A stretch of DNA of 55,045 bases, counting the filler, from Stramenopiles sp. TOSAG23-2 (lineage: Eukaryota): assembly GCA_900128395.1 (NCBI GenBank). It is 3 parts of 3 records of this genome, joined end to end, with 100 filler letters (N's around TTAATTAATTAA, not from the genome) between each part and the next. Parts side by side here need not be neighbours in the genome. Positions count along the whole stretch, not along the records: positions 1 to 18,293 come from LT649610.1; positions 18,394 to 36,683 come from LT649611.1; 1 more part is not named here. The stretch is one strand, 5' to 3'. The notes below the pieces were generated by a model. The model had not been told where the DNA came from and made no database searches. It saw only the letters and a list, made by a program, of their open reading frames with translations. A program made the position numbers and the translations under genes. This document shows positions 11,957 to 25,100 of this stretch, in pieces (the stretch's first letter is position 1; the number at the start of each line of letters is the position of its first letter).

Positions 11957-12357
11957 AACACGCACACTACTTTAGAAAAAGTAGAAAGGAGAAAAAGGAG
12001 AGAGAGAGAGAGAATATTACACCCACTAAAACGCACAGCATGTGACTCTCCTCTTTTTTGTGTTTGTGGGGGAATGTTTTTTTTATCTTCTTTCTGTTTT
12101 CATAAAAATGAGATACACATTTTTATCAGTGTTAAAGGATTATTTTATTTTTTTTATAGATATAACATGATGGTTAAAATCTAAGTTATAATAATTTTAC
12201 TTCTCGTGCGGTAAATAATATGCTCAATACTCAATCTCAAGACTCAAGAATAATATTCGATCCTAATATAGTGAAGCTCTAATGCAAAATTTATTAAATA
12301 TATTTAAATATCATATAATTTACTCGTGATATTATGATCTGGTACCACCGTCCAAGA

Positions 12358-13134
12358 TCACTTCTGTTTCTTCCCTTTCTCTTCTTGTAAAAACGAAAAA
12401 AAACTATGCAGCGCAGCTTTTTGTCGCAATAAAACAATTGCACTGCTTTGAAATAAAAACCAATATCGAAAATGTGGTGATTCAAACCTACCAGGTTGTA
12501 TAAAACAAATTTCATAAACAAACCAAATTCCAATAATATGACCAACTGTAAATACAATTAAATTTATAGTTTCAAACATAAATTCTAAGGAGAATCGATC
12601 ATTTTTATTACTATTATTACTTTTATTGTTCTTATTATTCTTGAACAACATTTGAATCACTTGCGTTAGATTCATTGTAAAGCTACCTACTTCTAAACAC
12701 ATAATACCAAGTAAATAAATATCTAATGAATCGCTTTCATATAAAAAGAATAATGTTGTATTAAAACCACCAATATGATGTAATAATAAATCCCAGTTGG
12801 GCCAACAATTTTCCAATGTAGTTATCATATATGCGATAATTTGATATGATAATATATATGAATATGGTGAATAACCATTTTCCACACTTGAATTGAATAT
12901 TTTCTTGCTTTGAAAATTATAATGTGAACCAATTAATAATCCAGACGGAATAAAAATACAGGATTGTATAACCATAGATTGAAGAAAGCACCAATATTTT
13001 GAATTATGAGACCCAAATGATTTTCCATAAATTGTATGATTTTTTAAATATGTTGCTAATAATCGATTTATAATAAAATGAATGATTATTGTATACAATA
13101 ACTCGCTATTCAATACATTATATTCTGCTTTCAT
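12358..13134 (-). CDS. Multi-pass membrane protein, TLC (TRAM/LAG1/CLN8)-like
   Basis: 5-6 hydrophobic segments with LLLHH and MCLEVGS motifs typical of TLC domains. Confidence 0.6.
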   Translation of the reverse strand: MKAEYNVLNSELLYTIIIHFIINRLLATYLKNHTIYGKSFGSHNSKYWCFLQSMVIQSCIFIPSGLLIGSHYNFQSKKIFNSSVENGYSPYSYILSYQIIAYMITTLENCWPNWDLLLHHIGGFNTTLFFLYESDSLDIYLLGIMCLEVGSFTMNLTQVIQMLFKNNKNNKSNNSNKNDRFSLEFMFETINLIVFTVGHIIGIWFVYEICFIQPGRFESPHFRYWFLFQSSAIVLLRQKAALHSFFSFLQEEKGKKQK

Positions 13135-13491
13135 TTTGAATGTCGAACTATTCTTTTGTTATAGATATATATTTTACATTCAATTCTCTACTGCTTCTTG
13201 TAAAAAAGATTACCAGCACCTATCCAATAATATATAATAGAATCGCGGGATTTCTGGTGGTTTCCTTGATGATTGAGTCGCTAATGCCAGTTATAGCTGT
13301 CGAGATTTTTAAGGGAGGAGAATTTTCAAGACCAAATATGTTAATGTAGCCAGGGTTTGTGTGCCAGTGTGCTTTTTTAAGGCGTCTATTCTAGATCTAT
13401 ACTGGTTGCACTAATAGGTTTTTTACTGATTAAAATATAGAGCGACTCACGACACACACACACACACATTTTTCTTTTTAAATCTATATTT

Positions 13492-13886
13492 TTACAACCT
13501 CGAAATATAATCGATCCCATCATATTCAATATCGTAATTAGGTTCTTGTTTTAATGTGCCAATATTATCAATCGGTGCTTGATTGCTTACTGGACTAAAT
13601 TGACAATCGTATAAATATAATTCACCTTCATTTAATATGACTGTCCCATTTGTATTTGTATCAACACTATTTACAAACGTACAATGGTTTAAATACCCTT
13701 TTGAGACGCCACCATCAAAATGTAATGCACCTTTTCCATCCATAAAATTAATACTATTTGCATACAATGTACCAGATACTCTTAAAATAGGACTTATTTT
13801 GTTATTACTAGAAATCGTTGCTTCACCACGATAGCTATGTAAATGAACCGTTAATCCTTCTCGTGTGTTCTCTTTACTTGTTCTTC
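13492..13886 (-). CDS. Terminal exon or remnant of a beta-helix (pectin lyase-like) protein
   Basis: Frame stays open well upstream of the called TTG with no ATG; a CAG acceptor follows an AT tract at 13887-13889; GALHFDGG, HCTFVN, DCQF beta-helix-like repeats. Confidence 0.4.
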
Positions 13887-14144
13887 CTGTATATATATTA
13901 TATATGAGGAGATGAACGAATATAAATGTGTGTAATTTTAGTCCATTCGAGTTTAGTACAGCAGGTAAATAGCATTAGATATTTCGATTTTGTCACACTA
14001 GAAAGAAGGAAATATCGAAATCCAGGAAATCTAAATTTATCTTTACAGGTTTCGTCTTAACTCATCATCATAGAGGCCGTTTTAATATTATTATTCAACT
14101 TTTTCGTTGCTTGCCTTATTAGGGCTTGAGTTTAAGAGTTTAGG

Positions 14145-14250
14145 CAAGCCCAGCAAGTTAGCATAGGCATACCAGGCTATATATAGCTACCTCCTATCAA
14201 GCCCAGCAAGTTAGCATAGGCATACCAGGCTATATATAGCTACCTCCTAT
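14145..14250. repeat. Exact 53-bp tandem duplication (probable assembly artefact)
   Basis: 14145-14197 is identical to 14198-14250. Confidence 0.9.
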
Positions 14251-14985
14251 CCGGTAAAATGATGCGAAGTTATATTTCCGCCCAGCCCTCTTCTCTCAAC
14301 TTGCACTTTATATATTTATAATATTATATCCTACACACACTAGCTCTAGTATTAATGCCAATGTGTATGAACATGTGATGTTACATTATATATAATCATT
14401 TCTATTTTTTTGGATAATCATTTACAACAATAGTTATATTCTTCATAAATATAATACCGAAATTCCATAGATATTTATATTATACCGACCTTGCGTATTT
14501 TCATTTTTTTTATGAAGCGTACTTCTATACTCTCGAAAGAATTAAATTAAACCAAAAGCCACCAAATATTAATATATGTATGATATATATTCTATCTCAC
14601 AGTATGTGTCAATAACTCCCATAAATATCACAGGAGTTACTCTGAAGTGAGGTACAGTATATATATAAATAAACCTTTGTTGAATGAAAAATGGGCATAT
14701 CATGTACGATGGTGTTAAAAAAAAATACGACCAACGTAATTTTTTTAATATTTTTTTTTAATTTTTTTATTTTTTTATTATATCGAATTATATTAATTAA
14801 ATAAATTATTTAAAATTTATTTTTATTGGAGAAGATTCCCTTGAAAATTAAGTGTGCCGCCGTATAATCAAACACACTTCTTTCAAATCAAAAATTGAGT
14901 TTCTTTTTGTACTCCAGGTACTCTTCCAGTAACACCCAACCTCTCTCTCCACACATACACATTGTACGGACACGTTTTCTATTTT

Positions 14986-16703
14986 TTATAATCTTGCATT
15001 ACCACCACCATTCAACTCTGCATATATTTGATCGATCTTTCTATTTCCTCTTCTCCCAAATGGAATTTCACCACCTGGACTAATGGCAACAGTATCACCA
15101 ATTCGATCTCCAGCAAGCAACCAATTATTTAATGCCATATCACCAGGTTTACTATTTGCTATAAATCGCTTACCTTTATCTGGACCATCTACCATTTGCC
15201 CAACGATAACAGCTGTTTCTGCGCCTTGACGGCCGTAACGTACCGTCCATGTTAAAATTTCACCAGTACCAGTTGGTTTATATGCTATTTGATCAAATGG
15301 CATTTGATAATCGCCTTGGTAATCATCATAATGACGTCTGGAATATGTTTTTGCTGGTGGATTGGTTGAATAAATACCAACACTATGTTCCGTTAACCAA
15401 CCACCGTTGGCACCAACACAACCAAATTTGCCACGGAATGAATTTGTACGTAATTTTTCAACAATAGCACACAATCCATGTCCAGAATAATTACTTCCAG
15501 GACCACCATGATATGGCAATCCACCAGTAGCAGTCATCCTTGAAACATCATCTTTATTTGGATGCAAACCAACACATTTACATGCTTGCTCTACAGCAAT
15601 TGGAAAACATGAATAAAAATCAAAAACAGCAATCTTTGATTGATCTGGTACATCACCTAAACCAGCACTTCGAAATGCTTCATTATATGCAACTTGCATG
15701 GAATCACTTTTATGCAAATGATGACGCAATGCCAATGAGTTGGCATCAAATCCATCACCACTACCATGTATAAAGACCAATTTATCTTCACTAATACCAC
15801 GACGCTCTGCTTCTGCCCATGACATTAAAATGGCACAACTTGACATATCAATTTCATCACGTGCACATAACCATTTACGATATGGATATCCAATAATACG
15901 ATTATCCTTTGACGGTGTCATCAAAAATTCCTTTGTTTTCTCCGTTGGATACCATGAATGTTGTGGTTGAGAAGCAGCAACTACACTAAACCGTGAAAAT
16001 AAATCACATATATATGGCAAATGTTCATCCGCAGTTCTGCCTAAGCTATGAGCATATGCATTTTCAAATAATGGATAAATGTACAACGCCATCCCACACT
16101 ACTATTGCCTGCAATATGATGAAATTGCGATAATGTCACATCATTTTCTCTTGGATCCTTTTCTTCCGGTTTTGGATGTTGATTGATAATTTTTGGTCCT
16201 GTTTTTGGATTATTATTTGGATTATTGCCCCAACCTAGATCGAGCAATACATCTTTCTTTCCACTCCGTGTAGCACGATCAAAACTTCCATTAACCTCCG
16301 TTCCACCTACTAATACAGGTCCTTGTGGCATAGTTCCATTAGCAATCATTTCACTAAATGTACTCATCATATATTGAGGTCCATTACCACCATGCTCTGA
16401 TCGCACACAAAATTTATCTTCAGGATTTGCACCAATTTCATTTGCAACTGAACGTGTGTAATTAACAAATGGTTTTCCCCCATAAACTCCACGCCATCTC
16501 ATCTCTAAAAACATACCAGGTGCTCCTAAACATACGACATCTTTCAATAATTGGTCTGGATTTGCAACACCAGTATCATGCGCAGCTATTTTAGCAGCTT
16601 CCGCATACATTCCTTGTGGCGTTTTACATTGTTCTATAACCAAATTTTTATCTTGTGTATATCTTCCTACCCCAACAATCACAGCTTGCCTTTCTTTGTC
16701 CAT
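14986..16703 (-). CDS. Thiolase-like / acetyl-CoA acetyltransferase-like protein with PTS1, split by one frameshift near 16093
   Basis: VIVGVG, HGGNGPQ, YPLFENA, FDFYSCFPIAVE, TATGGLPYHGGPGSNYSGH, ANGGWLTEHS motifs across two overlapping ORFs; ends in ARL. Confidence 0.85.
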
Positions 16704-17369
16704 TCTTTCAAATTGTAGTAATTTTATTGATTCATTTCTTTAAATGTGTATATATCTTCTTATACTCTTTCCGGTTTCTTCCATTTGTAGTCTTTCTATT
16801 ATTAATTTGAAGATGGCGCGTTGGACTAAGTCGATTTTATTATTTTCTATCTCTCATCTTATATTATTCCAGGTTTTTTAAGGTGTGTGCGTGTTCTCAC
16901 AATTGGGAGCTAGCTACCAGGCGTATACCATGCGGTGGTACTGTGCAGGTACATAGCACTAGATACACTAGATTATATTAGCTGTTGAATGTTGTTGTGA
17001 GAGTATTTTTAGCTGATAAGATCCAATCTGTGAAAAACGTTATAAAAATAGAACATAAAATTATTTATCAAGTGATGATTGATTAAAATATCATACTATC
17101 TAAAAAGTTTCAAACCTTTGTGTATATTATACACAACAGCGAATGTTTGAAAGGTACATATATATTTAAAAACAAAACATTTATTAAAAAAAAATTAAAA
17201 AATGAATAATAACAAACAGGAACAATTGTTTTTAGAAGAGTACAAATAGACAGACGACTACCACCACCACCACCACTAATAATAATAATAATAATAATAA
17301 TCAATTTTTGATTTAATTGAACATATTAATTCATATATATATATATATATATAATTTTAAAAGAATAAA

Positions 17370-17975
17370 ATGTCATCTGGGAATGGTATTGCGATGAGTG
17401 AAGTAAGACCACGAGTGTCCTCACAAGATTCGAGGGTGCGGAGAGGATCATTTTATTTAGAATTTGACGTAGATGTGGAAATTGATATTGATGAGAAATT
17501 GAGGAATTACGTCAATTCGTTGGATGATTTTTACAAATTGTATCAAGTTCTCGTCGCTATAATCCGTAACGATACTTTTGAAGAAAGTGTAAAAGCAATG
17601 AAGATTCATGAAACGTTGTCTAATGCCATACAGAATGAGAATAAAAAAATGCAACAACAGATTGTAGCTGGAGCAAAAAAAAGAAAGTATATAACTATGG
17701 CACCAACGACAGAAAGCACTCTCGGCGATCCTGTTGGAATAATTATGACTTTATTATTTATTTTATTTTTTTCCATTATACTGTTGAACATATTTCTTGC
17801 TATCGTGACACAGCTTTGGCAAGAATTTATGGAAGAGGATCTATGGGGTATGTGTGTTGATGATATTTTACGCGATCATGTAATAGAACGACATACGTTC
17901 CCACCATCGGGAAAAATATTAACGTGTAGTAGGAGAAAAAGAAAAAACGAGGGTGGTATCTGTTGTTATACTTAA
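17370..17975 (+). CDS. Short protein containing a TRP/polycystin-channel S6-like helix; probably a truncated channel gene
   Basis: GIIMTLLFILFFSIILLNIFLAIVTQLWQEF resembles the channel S6 signature LLN.F(I/L)AI; no other TM helices. Confidence 0.5.
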   Translation: MSSGNGIAMSEVRPRVSSQDSRVRRGSFYLEFDVDVEIDIDEKLRNYVNSLDDFYKLYQVLVAIIRNDTFEESVKAMKIHETLSNAIQNENKKMQQQIVAGAKKRKYITMAPTTESTLGDPVGIIMTLLFILFFSIILLNIFLAIVTQLWQEFMEEDLWGMCVDDILRDHVIERHTFPPSGKILTCSRRKRKNEGGICCYT

Positions 17976-18293
17976 AAAGTAATATTCCATAGATCTCTCT
18001 AATATTGGTATAATTATATTATATGATATACGTATAATTTTTTACGTACGAAGTATTAAAATATAAATACGAATAGTCATTTACAGGTATCATCACCTTA
18101 CTGGCTTACATGATATTTATATATATTTTTATATTAAAAAACATTTTTTTTATTGTGTCATTTTAAAAAAATATATATTACGTAATAATATTTACGAGTA
18201 CATACGGTCTTCGAACTTTAATTTTTTTATACCCATTCTTTTACGGATGGAACTAAATCAACCATTCTGTTTGTACTAGTACTAGGTTCAGGC

Positions 18294-18393
18294 NNNNNNN
18301 NNNNNNNNNNNNNNNNNNNNNNNNNNNNNNNNNNNNNTTAATTAATTAANNNNNNNNNNNNNNNNNNNNNNNNNNNNNNNNNNNNNNNNNNNN
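18294..18393. other. Artificial contig linker (N44-TTAATTAATTAA-N44)
   Basis: N runs around a six-frame stop linker. Confidence 0.97.
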
Positions 18394-19188
18394 TTCATCT
18401 TTAAAGCCATTAAAGATAGAGATAGGAGTAACATGTAAGAGCATTTAAAAATTTTCGCCATCTTTAATGTAGATAACTCTAAATGTTTATATTTTTTTAT
18501 TATTTTATTAAATTTTATTATATTATTATTGGGAATAATATCTTTTTAAAAAAACACGATTTTTTACACGATGGATATTGTCTAGATAAATTAGTATAAC
18601 CGTCGATTAATTCTAGATAGGGACATCAGACTACGAAATATCTTTTTCAAGTAAGATATCGGTTCAACTGGGACACAAACAAAGTAGTTTGGAAATAAAA
18701 AATAATAATGAAGAATGAAAACCAACAACAAAAAAATTAAAATAAAAAATAATAAAACATAGACATATTCTTCCTACAATTTCTTTCTATAGGAATCATC
18801 TTTTAAAACAAGAAAAAACTGGTAGTGACATATACAAACGAATCGAAAAGATTTAATATAGAATTGGTTTTATCTTGTTTTGTGTATATCTTGTGAAGAA
18901 ACTGATCAAGAATATAAATATAAATATACATATAAGTATAAATAATTATATTATTTCGTTCTGGAAGGAGTTTTATATACGTCAACGAGTTTATCAAGCG
19001 TATAGTTGTAATGCGTGCACAGAATTGCTTTCTAAACGTTTCTACGGCAAGTACGTGGTCTTTTGCCGGTTTGTATTCCTGTAGTATTTTGATTTAGGGT
19101 ATATATCATAAGTGATCAGAAGTATATTACGTTGATACATAGACTTTTGTAGTATTTTATATTTATCAATAAAATACAGCTAAGTAAT

Positions 19189-22100
19189 ATGTTCTTACTG
19201 AAAATAATCCTATTGTTAGTTGCAATTCCAGCAGTAGCAGGTACAGCAACTGCAGCTACAAAAACAATTACGGAGTCTGGTGACTCCACACGCACTATGA
19301 GTGTTACTTTAAATGTCGATACAGCTATGGAAGCCGACGATATTATTACTATTAGTGGTCTGACTGGATCAGATACCTCCGATAGTGATTATTTAACTTT
19401 AGGTGGTGCTGCATCTGATAAATTTTCTACTCCAGATTATGGCTCGGGTTATGCGGTATGGACCCAAGATTCTGGTACACTAGTCTTAACAGCAAATACA
19501 AATGTTAACGCAAACACGAATATAACATTTACATTTGATCTTGACGTATATACTCCTCAAGTGGCAACATCACCTACAATTGCAACCACTTTTGCAGGAG
19601 GAAATCTTGCAGAAACGCCTCTTGTAGGTAGTAACATTCTCGCTAAAGGTCCAACAATTGAAGAGGGGACAATTCAAGAGACTGGTTCAACGACCCGAAA
19701 AATATCTATAAGTTTACAAATAGACTATGCTATGGAAGCCAACGATATTATTACTATTAGTGGTCTGACTGGATCAGATACCCCCGATGGCGATTTGACT
19801 TTAGGTGGTTCTGAATCGGGCAATGATGACTCTGCCAAATTTACGGCAAACGGAATTGATGGTAAAGGTACATGGACAAAAGCTACCGGTACGCTTGTAT
19901 TGACTCTAAACACAGGTGTTACTGCAAGCACCATGATTTCGTTTTCAGTCGATGTCGCTCAACCAAATGTTATTCAAGCAGCGGTATCATCACCTACCAT
20001 TTCTGGAACGTTTGGATCACCGGCAGTTGTTCTTTCACCAACTGCTCTTACTTTGTCTTCCACTACATATGGTATTTTGTATCAACCAGCTTGGGATTGT
20101 GAAGGGGGTGTGACGTTTACATCCGACAATCACCCCCTTGGCGACAGTTTTGCAGGAATAGGTCCGCAAACTGTGGGAGTATATCAAATAAGCGTAGGGT
20201 CATGCCAGCTGCAAAACCAAGTAGTAGTTATGGACGATTTATCAATAACAGGAACAAATACCAGTTTAACTGTTATAACCGCAGCCGAAGGCAAGAGGCA
20301 TTTTTATAATTCAGTAGACGCGACGTTAACATTAACAAAATTAAAACTCGTAGGTGGAAGCGTTTTCGATACAATGGATAACACGGACGACAATTTAGTT
20401 GATATTGGAATTGGAGGCTCAATATTGATGTTTGGTGGTGCAAGTGCAGTTCTAACTATCGATAATTGTATCTTTGAAAATAATCAGGCGCTTGCTGGAG
20501 GTGCTATATTTTATTATGCTACAAATACTGATGGAACGTGTAGCGATAGTAGTTCTACATCGAAAGAACTTTGTTTAGGACAAGGCTCTTGTTCAGATGA
20601 TAATATTGCGGAGTATGGAATATGTTTGCAGGCACAGGGTGAAACTTGGACTTCTACTTACACATGGAGTCTCACAAATGGTCAAAGCCATTGTGGGTCC
20701 GTAACGATTACAAACTCAAAATTTAAATCGAATAAAAACACGTTTATTCCACAACCGGAGATGTCCAATTACGCATTAATTCCATCAATTAGCCCCAGTC
20801 TGGTAGTTGATTTTGGTACTGGTGGTGCGATGTATATTGGAAGTGCTCATGATTTAGCTAGCAGCGGAGGTGGAGCAAATGCCAATACAATTAGCGTTAC
20901 CAATTCATTATTTGAATCAAATGCTGCAACGATTTCAGGGGGCGCAGCCTATATAGTACAAGCACAATTATTATCAGGGAAGAGCGTAACTTTTACAGAT
21001 ACTGTCTTCAGCAATAATATGCAGAGTCCTCAGGGGGCGCAGCCTATATAGTACAAGCACAATTATTATCAGGGAAGAGCGTAACTTTTACAGATACTGT
21101 CTTCAGCAATAATATGCAGAGTCCACCGGAAGAAGTGGATCCGGCTTTGTCTTCGACAGCTTTTAACGTGGCTGGTGGTGCGATTGCATTTGTCGCGATG
21201 CGGTATGGGGGTATTAATGATCATTGTGAATTTAATTTAATAACGTGTAAATTTATTGGCAATATAGCCCAGAGTAATAAAGGTCATAATTTTGTATTTA
21301 CTGAAATAAAACCTACAGGAGCTTCCGATCCATGGATGCCCATGATAAATATGACAAGTACAAATACATTATATGCAGACACAGTAGTTATGTCAAATAC
21401 CTTTTATACAATAGGTGCAAGTGTAAGTATGGTTGATGTTTCAAATTCGGCCCTTGGGGTTTATTTAAGTGAAGTTCAATCCACAATGCCGGAAATGGAT
21501 AGTTTTCAATTTACTAGTGATGGCACTACAACGTGCAACCAATTCCCAACAATCGGGACTGGTGTAATAACAATCAGTAGTATCAACTCTGGTGGTGTTC
21601 TTTCTACTTCACCAGGCACCGGTTTTATTTACTCGTACGCAAAAAATGATATAATAAGCATTACTGGTTGTTCACAAAGTACAAATAATAACGGGAACTT
21701 TAGAATATCAAGCATATCGGGAGATGATATTACCTTGGTACATAAAAATACAAATGCAGCTATTGAAACTGGAACAGATGAAACCGATTGCACAATTGCA
21801 AGAGCAATCGCAATAGATATATCTACATGCATGCAAACAATTAGTGACAAAATTTGTTGTGAAAAAACTCCAGAAATATCACTTATATCACCTGGTACAG
21901 GGACAACATTAGGCAGCACATCAGTATTATTTACAGGTGTGAATTTTGATGAATTTGACCCCCCAGTTGCCGTTGGCGTCATAACAATTAGTAGTATAAC
22001 TACAGGGGGTATTTATACAACCGAATCAGGTTCAGGAACTATTGCATCTTTTGCTGTAGATGATGTAGTTATTATTGCAAGTTGTTCCCATATAGACAGT

Positions 22101-25100
22101 TTGATCAATAATGGTGCATTTAAAATTGCTGAAATTAGTGGGGATGCTATTACATTAGTAAATAAAGATACCTTCGCAGCGATAGTAACTGGGACAGATG
22201 CAACCGGTTGTACTATTTCAAACCCAAACATTGTTATTTCAACAAACGATAATATATGGTCTTCTCCTACTCGGGTAAATACAGGAGAGCTAGCTGCTGT
22301 TTCGCCGATCGGCGTTGGTGGCAATATCCCTATTAAAGTAGCAATCAATGGCGTAACTTCTAAATATGAATTGGCATTTTTTTCATATACATTGCCAAAC
22401 ATCACATTGATTCATACCATACCGAAATTAAATGGTGGAAGTTCAAGTCGTTTACATGTGATAGCTGATGAAATTGGTGATAATACGACATTGGATGAAA
22501 TAAGTATTATAATTGCAGCAGAAGGTGCAAGTGCATGTGGTGGGACAGCATGTACAAATTTGAATCTTGTTGCAGTTACAGCTATTGCTAAGTTCAAGTC
22601 GTTTACATGTGATAGCTGATGAAATTGGTGATAATACGACATTGGATGAAATAAGTATTATAATTGCAGCAGAAGGTGCAAGTGCATGTGGTGGGACAGC
22701 ATGTACAAATTTGAATCTTGTTGCAGTTACAGCTATTGCTGATGATGTTATTATTATTGTGGGTGTAACAACAACTGGTGTGTATACATTAGCTGGTGAT
22801 ACTTCATCATTAGCAGTTGGCAATATAGTGACTATTTCTGGTTGTGGCGATAGTGGTAGTTTAATAAACAATGGAAAATTTAAAATTTCTGCCACTAATA
22901 TTGATGTTTCTAATGGTTATTCAATAACATTAGTAAACAAAGATACAGATGCAAGTATTGCGACTGGCGATGTACCTGACGGGTGTAAAATATCAAGAGA
23001 GCCATACAATAAAATTGATTGTTTATATACCACCGCTGGAGCAAAGTCTGCATGTATGGATGTTGTTCTTTCTGCTGGTAATCAAAAAAGCCCACCAAGA
23101 ACATTCTGTTACGGTAATTCAGATGAAGGTGCAATAATTATTACCGAAAATGTTCCAGATGTTGTTGAAGGCACATCAAATACCATTTATAAATTAAATT
23201 TAAAATATGAAGTTGCCAGAACAGAAAGCGTTGTTATAGCAATAACTGTTACAAATACAGTTGGTAGTTTACCATGTACCGTTTCACCAACATCAGTTAC
23301 ATTTGATACAACTGATACAAACGATGTACCGATAACAATAACTACAACTGGCAACGATATTGATGAAGGTACTAATGAAATTATAAATACATGCACGATA
23401 ACACACACAATTTCAACCACAGATCCCGTTTACAGTTTAGTTTCTACTAAATCGATTGATATAAATGTCAGAAATGATGATAATGCTGACGTATATTTGT
23501 GGTACGATCAAACGTACCCTGTCAAATTTTTAGCATTTTACGCAGAAGAAAGTAAAACCGTAATCTATGATATTAAATTAGAAACTGAACCTACTGCAGA
23601 TGTTACAGTTACAATAGACATCGTTTTAGATCCTTTAAATGAAATTAAAATTGCAAATGATGTAATCACAATTACTGGCGTAACAACTAATGGGGTATAT
23701 ACTACTGCCGATGGAACCCCACTTGGGACTGGTATTGGTAGTTATGGAGTTAACGATATTGTAACGATAGCAAGCTGCAGTGTTAATACTGAAAACAATG
23801 GATTTTTTAAAATTTCAGATATTTCAGGAAACGATATTACATTGATTAATAGGTTTACAAATGCTGCGATAGTGACTGGGATTGATATTACAGATTGTAC
23901 AATATCAAAATCAAGAATGCATCCTTCTCCAACTCCAAATATCGCGATAACACCAATTTCAAGTGATTTAACATTTACCTCGAGCAATTGGGGTGTTTAT
24001 CAAACTGTAAATTTAACATCTATCAACGATAATATTGACCATGACTTAGCGCGCTTCACCATTTTGCACACTATAAGTTCTTCCGATACAGTATTCGTGA
24101 ATAAAATTAATGCAAAGAAATCGATTTTAGCCGTAATAGACGTTGATAATGATGATACTACAGGCATAGTGTGGTCGTATCTAAACGATGATTTAACATT
24201 AATTGAAAATGGAAATTCAAAACGAATACAAGTTTCGGGTTTAAATTCTCAACCAGTTTCTGATGTTACTATTACAGTGGAAATACCTTCGGATTGGATA
24301 AGTATTATAAAAGTAACACCACATCAAATAACAATAAGCAAACACGAATGGAACGATGTAGAAAACATATTTACATTTCATGCATTATTAGGTGCCCCTA
24401 TGAGCACTTCGGTGGGCATCAAATTGAAAAGTTCTAGTACAGATATGAAATATGCTTGGGGAACCAACATCGCAACAATTGCCGCATACGTTTCAACTGC
24501 TGCTGATGAGCCGACAACCAACGTAACAAACCATCCACCAAAACATTCTGCGTGGACAACTGCAACGTTTGAATTTTACGCACCAGAGTCAAATGTCGTC
24601 AAATTTGTCTATAGATTGGATGGTGGGGAGGTACAAGAAATTCCCTGCCCGGTTAGCACATATTGTAACAAAGTAAGTTTCGAAACTTTGGCATTAGATT
24701 TTGGAATGCATCGTTTAGAAGTCCAAGCCGCATCAAACGAACGTCTAGATACTACCGCGGTGTCTATAGATTGGACAATTTTACATTGTAACGGCGAGCC
24801 GCAACGGTATGCTAAAATTGAACCAAATGGTGCAATCCAATGCTTCGATTGTCCTCAATCCGTCGGCGTCAATTGTGCAGAAATGGACGCGGAATGGGAG
24901 CATATTTATGCATATCCAAATTGGTGGACGTCTGGCAGCTCTGACGATAATTACTTTAAATGTCCGTTGGAAGGTTCCTGTTTAGGAGGTTTATATGAAA
25001 AGGATGTGAATGGGACTATTACGGTACAAAAATCTAGGTGTGCCGAAGGTTACGATAATTCCGCACCAGTATGTGCTGTTTGTGCCGATGAATATGTCTT

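Noticed and set aside
8109-16703. Peroxisomal gene cluster (esterase-SKL, Mpv17/PMP22, thiolase-like-ARL)
   Set aside because: Interrupted by unrelated genes, and Mpv17-family members are often mitochondrial; chance cannot be excluded
20935-22740. Programmed frameshifting or phase variation in the giant gene
   Set aside because: Both shifts are fully explained by exact duplications like those found elsewhere in the window; an artefact is more parsimonious
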